A stretch of DNA of 63,492 bases, the filler included, from Atractiella rhizophila (lineage: Eukaryota): assembly GCA_021432655.1 (NCBI GenBank). It is 12 parts of 11 records of this genome, joined end to end, with 100 filler letters (N's around TTAATTAATTAA, not from the genome) between each part and the next. Parts side by side here need not be neighbours in the genome. Positions count along the whole stretch, not along the records: positions 24,005 to 30,248 come from MU272317.1; positions 30,349 to 36,587 come from MU272318.1; positions 36,688 to 42,926 come from MU272319.1; 9 more parts are not named here. One strand, given 5' to 3'. This document shows, piece by piece, positions 28,822-38,649 of the stretch. How positions within the stretch are numbered: the stretch's first letter is position 1; each line of letters begins with the position of its first letter. The position numbers and the translations under genes were made by a program. The notes under the pieces were generated by a model that saw only the letters and a list, made by a program, of their open reading frames with translations, was not told the origin of the DNA and ran no database searches.

Positions 28822-29007
28822 GGCGTTGTTGCAGGAGTGGCAGGATTTGAATGACTAAACTAGCAGCGTGAGCTTAGTGAGCGATTGTCTGTGTTTGGCA
28901 TATTGTAATTAGTGGAGACGTCGTTGACGATCTCGATAATTTCTATAATTTCTCTTTCCAAGTGTTCATTACCGAGCATTCTTGTTACCCTAATCAGGCT
29001 GAGGACC

Positions 29008-30248
29008 ATGTCTGCCACAGCAGCGCCTCCCTCACTGAGCGATGTCAAGCGCAAGCTGTCCTATCCAGTCCCCCAGCCAGCAGAGCATGAGGCGTCCTCC
29101 GTCTCGCGGTCGAGATCAAGGGATGGCAAGCGCGGAGGTCGCGTGAGTGTTCCTTTTCTCTTTATTCGGGTGTTCTTCAGTCAAAATTGACGATTCTGTG
29201 GCGACACGCAAGTCACCATCGACGACGAGCATCTCTTCCTCTTCTTCCCACGCACCAGACGAGCACCCTGCATCCATACCCCTCGGCCGAACCGCGCCAG
29301 GAATAATGACCACCGCTCCCACTCCCACCTCCCAAGCATTCGACCCCTCCTCCTCCTCAGGCTCCCCCCCGAGCCTTCAAATCGATCCCTCCTCTCCGCG
29401 CTCTTCCCGCCTCCGTCCCATCTCCGAGAACACTGAGAGTCCCACCTCAACAGCGAACATCGACGCACAAGGCATGCACATCTCGCGCTCTCCGTCTTCG
29501 GACGAAGATTACGACGTCTCTGATGATCCCTCGGCGGCGGCTGGGAGCGATGGGGTTGGGCGGGGCATGAGTGCGAGCGCGAGTTGGAGGGGAGGTGGGG
29601 AGGGTGAGAGCGAGGAGGAGGAGGAGGCGGCGGGACGTGGTGAGGCGGAGGTGGGCAAGTATGAGCTGATCAAGAGCGGGTATTTGTTGAAGAAGTCGGA
29701 GAAGGGGGCGGGGAGGTGGATGAAGAGGTGGTGGGTTTTGAGAGGGGATGGTTTGGGGTATTATAAGGATGAGAAGGTGCGCGTGTAGTCTTTCCTCTTC
29801 CTCTTCTTGGGCTGGTCGATGGATATTGAACGCGATGAGCAGGAGTACAAGCTGTTGCGCTGGCTCAATCTTTCTGAGGTTCATTCGTGCTCAACGGTCC
29901 AGTTGAAAAAACACGACTACTCTTTCGGCGTCGTCACCCTAAAACGTACCTTCTTATGTCGAGCGAAGACAGTGAGCGAATGCAACGATTGGGTCCTCAA
30001 AGTATGCCTTTCGAGCTGTGTTCATTAGCAACACAACTAATCACCGACGGTGCTAGATCGAAGAGGCGCTCGAGAAAGTTCGGTTGCAACAACTTCGTAA
30101 TCTCGAGACGGGATCTCTTAACGATTCTGCTTCCACCGCGTCCGGTGGTCAGACTCCAACTCCAAGGGCAACTGGTAACTCATTAGGTCTCACGCCAGCA
30201 AGGGGAGGGAACACACCCGTCCCACCGAGTCGAGCGAGCACACTGGGG
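29008..30248 (+). CDS. PH-domain protein (Opy1-like), 3'-truncated by linker
   Basis: Ser/Pro-rich N-terminus, then LIKSGYLLKK..RWMKRWWVLR..LGYYKDEK/EYKLLRWLNLSEV..FGVVTLKRTFLCRA..ECNDWV. Confidence 0.85.
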
Positions 30249-30593
30249 NNNNNNNNNNNNNNNNNNNNNNNNNNNNNNNNNNNNNNNNNNNNTTAATTAA
30301 TTAANNNNNNNNNNNNNNNNNNNNNNNNNNNNNNNNNNNNNNNNNNNNCAAACACACGGAAAGCAAAGGGGTATGCAACCTAATGATTTTCTGGCTTTAG
30401 AGCAGGAACATGCTGAGTACTCCTGCGTTCTACGACAAGTGTTCCATCACTAAACGAACGCCACACAGGCTCGCTCAAGTATATAATGAGCTTGCAAGGT
30501 ACGTCAGGCTCAGGCTCAAAGAGAATTCATATAAAAACGCGTTAAAACACCACGACAGCAGGTGACCCCAATTTGAAGCAAAAGATAGCTTAC

Positions 30594-30782
30594 TTGATGT
30601 CCCGTGAGGCACATTATAGGCGCCTGCAATCCACTCGTTCTCTTCACACCCTGCACCAGAGCTCCCTTCCCTTCCCCTGCACTGGCAACCACCATCTGTT
30701 GCTCCTCTCCTGCTCCATCTGTACGCGACCGCTTAGAGATTATGAGTGTTCCTTCGGGCGAGGGAGGGCGTTTGTTCGACAT
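30594..30782 (-). CDS. SNRNP40: U5 snRNP 40-kDa WD40 protein (Spf38/Cwf17), first exon only
   Basis: MSNKRPPSP...GALVQGVKRTSGLQAPIMCLTGHQ followed by a GTAAGC donor; RTS.LQAPIM.L.GH is characteristic of this family. Confidence 0.88.
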
Positions 30783-30907
30783 CTTGCTCTGCAGAACGAA
30801 TCCTGGAAGAGCTGGCAGTTTGGTGTTTTCAGCGTGAGCCCCTTGGGTAGCATAGGGGACACTTCCAACCTGGGTTGATGTTGATTAAGTTGCAAGTAGC
30901 AACAACG

Positions 30908-33063
30908 ATGCCCGCAAGATATCATATACTGAGATTAAGCCCAGGGAGAACAGGAACACGCGCATTCTCGTCTACGAAAGCGGTGGGAGGGACTGGGAAG
31001 AAGTGGAACATCCTCTTCTTTGGATCCGATGACTTTTCGTGCAGTATTTTGGAGAAAGTTATCCAGGTGTGTTTCTGTGTTTAGCAACGTTGAAGCTTTC
31101 TGCAGAATCTGCTTGAATGACTAGAATATAGCGTCGTTGTTGGCGTTTTGTGTGAAGGAAGATAATGGTAGAGCATCGTTTGTATCTTACGTTATTCAAT
31201 TTGCGTTGCGCAAACGTTTTGTTCCCATTTCTGGCATATACGTTCTCACAAAATCATATTCAGCTGTCTTACTCCAAGCGGTATTAATATATTCAGCATT
31301 TCTAGAAATCCAAACGCTTTGCCGTGTAGTCGTTTGATATGCTCTAACCCTTTGTTTAAAAACATGCGCTACCTGACGTTCCCTTGCTTGCCGCATCCCT
31401 CTCCAACCTTGCTGGTCATGTGCAACAGAAGTCAAAGAGTTTCTACTTTCTCCTACTAAATACCGCTTTGGCATTTTCAGTTATGTTCAGTGAGGTGGGA
31501 GCTTTGTCTCGTCGCAATAAGCAATAAAACGAGGAAAGACATAAAGACAGAGTCCCAGTGCTTGCTTTGACGACGTTAAAGTGATGCACACGTATGTGAA
31601 CTTGGCAGCAGCCTTTCATGCCTTCATTTCATATAAAGGGTGGAGTGTATGCCGCATCATAAGTCCCACGAACTTGGTTATTTTTCGGTTTTCAAAGGGG
31701 TGGAAAGGAAATAGTACGGTTTCAGTCATAATGGGTATCATTTCTCGCGCTACAGCCGACCAAGATCTCATTATCTTTTCATCGTGAAGATTGGAATCTA
31801 TTACTGTCCCCCAAACCAAGGTTGCCTCTAGGTACATTCTAAAATCGACTTCGCCTTTATCTTCATACTTCGGTTTCCTGCCTGTGCTCGCATTGGTCGT
31901 CTACACTCTACAAATGCTCACTGAAGTTATTCTAGAAAGATTTGGCATCTCACATTCACGTTGTAGTTCCTTCTTCCAAACGAATAGGGCGGAATCGACA
32001 AGAGCTATACATACCAGAACTTCTCAGACTTTCTCAGCGCCTCTCCCTTCCTACTACAACATGGGCTCGTCCATTCGCGCTCCCTTCTACGTTTTCGGAT
32101 ACTAGATCGCCCACGAATCTCTTGCTCTCAGCTTCTTTCGGCCACCTTATCCCCAGCTCAGTTATCGATGCTTTTCCTCACGCACAAGCTCTCAATGTTC
32201 ATCCCAGTCTGTTGCCACGTTGGAGAGGACCGGCACCTGTCTTTTGGACATTGTTGAACGGTGACAAGCACACTGGTGTGACGATTCAGGAGCTGCAGAA
32301 AGGAGCATTCGATGGAGGCCGGATTTTGGGACAGGTGCACACAAACGTGGGTCTGGAGGATGATTATGCAATTTTGCTGGGGAGGTTGAAAGAGAGCGCG
32401 GGAGATTTAACTGTCGACGTCTTGAAAAATTTTGATAAGTACAAGGTAAGCCATCTATCATTTTCCTTTGAACCAGTATTGACTGGATCATAGGCTCAAA
32501 TACAGACTCAAGATATGAATGGTGTTTCCCACGCACCAAAGATCACACGAGATCATGCTCGTATCAACTGGGATGAGTGGGACAGAGCTACACTTCATCT
32601 ATACAACCGCGCACTGCGGCACAAGGTTGCGCTCCCTCTTGCCTGTAGATTGCTGCTAACCAAAACGACCGCACAACAGCATCATCTGTGGACTTATTTC
32701 CTCCCTTCCCCTCCTCCCGAAAATAAACCAATAACTGCTAACCACAAGCCTTACCGTCTCTCCTTCGTCTCTCTTTCCTCGACTCCACTCTCCCCAACAA
32801 CAAAAGAAGTTCTCTCTCATCAAATCAAATCTGTGGGGGAGTTCTCTGCCTGGAAAGAAGCAGGGCGGTATAGACTCGCCGTTCGGATGAAGGATGGATG
32901 GCTCGAAGTTGACCGAGTGCAGGTGCTACGAGAAGGTAGACCAAAGGAGCTGAGCGCTGGCGAGTGGTTTACTGGCTACGTGAAGGCGAGAGCAGTGGAA
33001 GGGAAGTTTATATCGTCTCTAAAGGACGAACATGGTGCAGAATTAAGCGCTGCTTTGCACTGA
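30908..33063 (+). CDS. FMT1: Mitochondrial methionyl-tRNA formyltransferase
   Basis: Presequence and NILFFGSDDFS (exon 1, to 31066); in-frame exon from 31936 with ASFGHLIP, LNVHPSLLPRWRGPAP, TGVTIQ, FDGGRIL; then HAPKIT..ARINW. Confidence 0.92.
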
Positions 33064-33842
33064 GGTTCGGACTAAGGTTCGTACTGTAATATATGGACTT
33101 ATATGCCCACCGGATGGATTGGAAATGTAATTGAAGGGTACTATGGTAGAAAAGCCTATACCAAGAAGCATTTGGGTTTGGAGACCTTGTTAGGGGAGGA
33201 GGAATGAAATTGGGAAGTGACCAGCTTTAATTGCACTACGCGTCGTTAAAGCTCCTTCAAGAAAACCTACAGGCTACTATCCACTTTGTTCTCCTCCTTC
33301 CTTCTTTCTTTGCAATCACGTCCGTCAACTACTCCTTCAGGTTCCTTCTCTTCCGTGACGTCCCTATCCGTGTTTCTGTTCATACACCTCGACCAGTCGC
33401 GGGTATTGGCTTTTGCGGCCCATATTGGAGTTGCAACAGGAGTGGCGAGCCTTGAGAGCGGGGAAGAAAGTCCACCTGAGAACAGGTGGAGCAGGAACAG
33501 CGAGCACTTTCCCTTCCTTCTTTGCCCCTTTCACAAGCTTGAGGCGACTCCAACCAGACGTTCCATCACTGCAGGCTCTCGCAATATTACATCTGGAGGG
33601 TTTCTGTGCGCTTGCAACCTTTATATGTATACGCGCAACAGTTCAACAGCAGAGCCTACACAAAGAATGAGATTGAAGGAATTGACAAACCTCTTTCAAT
33701 GCACCTCAGCGTCGTACGTCTTTTGCTTCAGACTTCGCACGACTGGACGGCTCAGCGATGGATCTGTGGCGTTGAGTAGCTGAGAGGCACTGTAGGCATG
33801 AGACAAGGTGAGGAGGTCGTCATGAGCATCATGAATTGCCTT

Positions 33843-33903
33843 CACACCACCACAATTGTCCCGAACACACCACCACAATTGTCCCGAACACAATTGTCCC
33901 GAA
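33843..33903. repeat. Tandem repeat: 23-bp unit CACACCACCACAATTGTCCCGAA x2 plus a 15-bp partial copy
   Basis: Read directly: 33843-33865, 33866-33888, 33889-33903. Confidence 0.95.
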
Positions 33904-34203
33904 TTCTATGTTTTTGCCTCTTAGCCAGTTACATAACGACTTCTAAACACTTGCTGTTGCGTGCAATGATTGTATGAATGAGGGCTTCAGAATGGCATGG
34001 TTAAAACAACTTCATAGAAAGTAAGAGAGGTCCAAAGCCAAGGGGGTATACTGCAAGCTGTTGATCGGATGCAAACTCTACGCGTCCAACACCTTCCCGC
34101 CTTTCGACTTGACCCCTTTTACCAGCAGCAAACAACGACAACCATTGTCCCACTGAGAAGTTGTAATTTCCCCTAAGAACTCGATAAAATCACATCAATC
34201 ACG

Positions 34204-36437
34204 ATGGAATTGCATCCCCCTGCCAATGCTGACGATCGCAACAGCCTCGGCAACATTCCTAATAACAACTTGAACGCAACCAATGATGTCGCCATCGATG
34301 CCCTCCAGGGAGATATCCCTCTTCAGCAAGCTGATATCGCGCTTGGAAATGGCTCCATATCTGAAGAAGCGACCGGCAAGCCAAAAAACTCGGCTGTATA
34401 CACTTGGGAGAATCGGGGGCCACCACCGACTGAGGGTGAGACGACACCAGCAAAGGTCCCAATATCATGTTTGTGCTGCAAAGCCCAGTCAGTACTCCCT
34501 TTCTCAACAAGATATCAGTTGCTTTTCTTCCATCCACCTCTTTGTCTCCCTTTCTCCGTTTTGCGCTATTCTTTTCCCTCCTTTACTCCCTCTTCCTCGT
34601 TCATTCAGCCGCGTCCACTGACGCAGTTGCGAATGGAACAGGAAGAAGAAATGTAACGGGCAAGCCAAGAGAGCATGCACCCGTTGCGTGAATAAGTGGG
34701 AGAAATGGGTTCAGACCGTTGCGAACGGAAAAGTGCAGAAGGAGAAAGAGATGGGAGTCTGCGAGTATAGGGCAAATTCGCAGTGTGTTCCTCCTTGCTG
34801 ATCTTTTATTCGTTTCGCTCCCAAGGTGCCCTCTGACTGAGTACGAATTGTTGGATAGAGAGGAGACGAACGCGATAAAGGCGCTAAGGAATAGAAAGAG
34901 CCTGGGTGGCAGCATCGAGAAGCAAGGGAACTTGATGGCGCCAAAGAGGAAGAGACTCGTTCCAGAGGATGATACGAGGAGTGAGACCAACGAGGCAGGG
35001 ATGAAGAAGATGAAGACGACCCAAAACCCTCCTGAATACCAAACTATGTCCTATGTAGGCGTCTCGAACTTGAATTGGCTTGGCAACCTTCATCATGTCA
35101 ATGCCGCACGACCCATGGCTCCTTTCTCTGCCGTCGATCCCGTAATTAATCCTTATCTAACCATACATCAGTCGCGACACGGAGGGATGGCGACTGGCGG
35201 TTTCGTACCACACCTTGCACAAAGTTGGCCCCATGTCGCGGAAATCCTTGCTCTTGGGGAAGCAAACCCATGGTCAAACCCCAGCGGTTGGAATCAGACT
35301 GCGATGAATCCAGTTGCGATGAATCCGACTTCTGCGAATCCCATTGCGATGAATCAGTCTGTAATGAATCCTACTGGGCAAGACGTTCACCTAGGGGAGC
35401 AAGCTGGAGCCATCCCTCAACTCATGTCGTACCCCACACTCTGCCATCTGAATGGCAACAATTGTCCACCGACGCCTGATTGCAGTCGAGGAGTGGATGT
35501 CCCTCTTGTCTCCAATTTTCTAGGCTGCGGGAACGGCATTAATGGACCTTTGAATGCCCAACTTGAGCCGTCGGCGTTGCCTTTCAACCAGCCCTTGAGC
35601 TCCCATCCCACGAACCTCGCGCCCCCTGCGGCGACAGCGACCGCTCTACAGCCTTTCTGGGAAAGTGGGATTCCTGTCCTTGATGGTAATATGTCATCCT
35701 GTGACACGAAAAGCGTGTCCAAGATCGACTTCGAGAACGGAGTAGGATTGAACTTCGAGTTTGGAAATCCTGCAAGGTCTGGTGTTGGAGTCGATGCTGA
35801 CATTACACCCCTCTTTGATAAAACTGGTACGATAGGAGGCGAAAGTCTGAGTCGCGTGGATCTGGACGAGTTGTTGAGAACGATCGAGGCAACTAATAAA
35901 GATCCCCTGGTTGAACATGCCCAAGCTGGAGTCGGTATGGCTGGTCAAGGAACGCAAGATTTGCCTTCCGTTCACCAAAACGCCGCTCTTGCTCAAGCAG
36001 ATATCAATGGTGGAATACACTGGCCCTCTGACATGACTTTATCTTCCTCTGCATCGTACAGTGCTGCTAAGGTCGATCAACAGACCAGTGGGGTCGTCAC
36101 CTGGGAACAACTCAGGGTAGATGGTGAAAATTTCTTCTCCCTTAATCCGAGCGTAAGGACGATGGAGGTAGAGGCGAAGGTGACTTCTGGCGTCCTCGAA
36201 GGACTCAGGTCGACGAAGGACAATGAAGATTCCCCCATCAACATCCGCTCGTCTTCCTCTCCAATCCCCTTCTCGCCTTTCTTGCCGCTTCCACAACCAG
36301 GATCTTCGTCGCAAGATCAGGAGAGCGTAGATTATAACAATGGAATTGACGAGGAATGGGATATTTCCAAGTTCTTGACTGATTCTGGAGACATTTCGGT
36401 CGACAACGTCGTTGCTACCATGTCCGACGAACAATAA
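34204..36437 (+). CDS. Zn(II)2Cys6 zinc-cluster transcription factor with long low-complexity, acidic C-terminus
   Basis: After removing intron 34488-34641: SCLCCKAQKKKCNGQAKRACTRC...CEY. Intron 34783-34825 joins the long ORF, which has an NLS-like PKRKRL and an acidic end (EEWDISKFL). Confidence 0.85.
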
Positions 36438-36730
36438 CCGTTGTGCTGTGATAGAATAGATTCAGTTACGTGTGCTATTGACTTCGATTTTTAATTGCTT
36501 GATCGTTCCTGCAAGTTCTTTTAACCTGTAATACACAGATACTCAACATACAACATTGCGAATTACCTAGTTTTCCGTTTGCCTTTCNNNNNNNNNNNNN
36601 NNNNNNNNNNNNNNNNNNNNNNNNNNNNNNNTTAATTAATTAANNNNNNNNNNNNNNNNNNNNNNNNNNNNNNNNNNNNNNNNNNNNTCTCTTGGCACAA
36701 CCTTCTCGTTTCTCCCACACTAAAGACTCT

Positions 36731-36844
36731 TGTCAGGGTTCGAGCCCCTGATATACCTTAAGTACAGACCAAGATGGGTGTAAACACCCATCATTAGCTC
36801 TTTTAGTTCAGTTGGTTAGCTGTTGGTCTGCAGCCATCTTGACA
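36731..36844. mobile_element. 114-bp solo-LTR/TRIM-like element with tRNA-like boxes
   Basis: Begins TGTCA, ends TGACA, and is flanked by a perfect 5-bp direct repeat ACTCT (36726-36730 and 36845-36849). Confidence 0.8.
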
Positions 36845-36959
36845 ACTCTATTTGGAATCATAGACTGGGAGTGTGCCTGCCCGCTACCGCTGTGGAAGGT
36901 CTGTTCGCTCCCTTCGCTCCTGCTAGGAAGGGAGCAGGAAGGGGAACCAAAGGCTATTC

Positions 36960-37213
36960 AATAAACGGGTTTGACGTCAAACTTGTTTGAGGAGCATACA
37001 TTCAAGTTCGAGCAGATCATGTTGCGAAGGTTCTTTTTAAAGAAGATGGAAGAGATAAACCCAGAATGGGCTCGGTTATATAGGAACGAGATGAGAAGGA
37101 GAGACTTTGAATTAGCGATAGAGTATTGTGACAATGAGTTTTGCGCGGATAGAGTAGATCGATGGATTGAAACAGTTGAAAGGGTCAACCATCCGGGGGT
37201 GTCCTTTGCTTGA
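36960..37213 (+). pseudogene. Orphan C-terminal fragment resembling fungal APH/phosphotransferase-like proteins
   Basis: FEQIMLRRFFLKKMEEINPEWARLY...RRDFELAIEYCDNEF..RVDRWIE resembles, from memory, the C-terminal tail of fungal APH-family proteins. No upstream kinase domain. Confidence 0.4.
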
Positions 37214-37541
37214 AAGATTGCGTTTTTGAGAAGTTGTTAATTGACTTCCTTTATTGACAAAGTTAAAGACTTTTAATTTTCACCAATAGGTGTCATTCAT
37301 CGAGAAAACCACAGGCAGTATGAGCTACATCAATGGAGAAACGTAAAACTCACTGACTAGCAATACACTGATCAGAACTTTGATCACACCATTGATGCAC
37401 ACTTAATACTTTCCCTTAGTTTGCATTGAAAGTTAGGTCATGATGTGGTCAGAAGAACCTCAGATTAACGTTTTAACACTGGTCGACATTCCCCTGTATC
37501 AGCTGCAAAAGAGATTTGGTCCTTGTGAATTGTTCCTGACT

Positions 37542-37667
37542 CTGGTTCCACAACCACGACATGAGAGGAATAAGTACAGAAACAATAGTGGTTTTATTTC
37601 AGTATAGATAATCTACACACCTGGTTCCCCAACCACGATACGAGAGGAATAAGTACAGAAACAATAG
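37542..37667. repeat. 47-bp direct duplication (37542-37588 and 37621-37667), 3 mismatches
   Basis: CTGGTTCC(A/C)CAACCACGA(C/T)A(T/C)GAGAGGAATAAGTACAGAAACAATAG read twice. Confidence 0.95.
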
Positions 37668-38649
37668 AGTGGTTGGGGAAAAGGAAAAGAAGATGGAAAC
37701 GTGTTTAAATACGTCCAACCTAGCGGTGACGTGCCATGCGCTTCGGAATAACAGACACAAAGTGCCCATGCTGAATAAAACAAATCTGCGGCATCTCTCT
37801 ACAATCTTCAATGCCTAACATCAACTTCTAACACTGCACATTATAAACAATAAACAAGAATATCTGAGCAAGGCGACATAGAGCGGCATTGTAATCATTC
37901 AAGGAGAGTTTTTGTTCCTCCCCTACTGTAAAGAAGTTACAGGGGTCTTAACGATTAGACAATGAACAAATTGAAAGAATTGATTCCTCAACTACTCAAC
38001 GTCAGCCAGAATTAGGGACTCGCGTGAATGTGAATAATTCATGAACAGTCATCATATCATTCACCAAAAGTCATGAATAAGGTGTTCATGAACCGGTGAA
38101 CTGGTGACTTTGACTGTAACATGAGCTGTGAATGTCAGGCCTGAAACTTCTTGAGTCATGGCTAGTCATGAATAAGTCACCACTTCCAGCCATGGATGGA
38201 TGGGTACGGGCACTGGGGACAATGTCGGCCGAAGTTACAGCCATTGTGATTTCCACAAGCCTCGTCTTCATGATTGACATTCACAGATTCAGCTTCGGCC
38301 CTTGTTCGACTGGCTGAGGTTTTCGAGGTGGGCTTTTCCTATCAACCAGCAAGAAGAGGCTAAATGACTGCTCTGACTGCTCAGGAGGGCACTGACACTG
38401 GCCACCCGATTTGACGAGGCTCTGATCAGCAAGCGGTCAAGGGGGGACTCCACCTCTGGTGACCTTTTTCTGCTGTATTTCCAACTTTCTCACCTAACAA
38501 CAGAACCTGTTATTGCTCCGAAGCAAAAGTGACTACTTTCAAGAAGGATAAGTTGCATTTGGACGAAGAGGCACACTTGTACCTTGACTCTCCATTTGCT
38601 TCTCTGAACATAGATCAGGGAAGCTGATATCAAATCTTGGAAATCCTCT

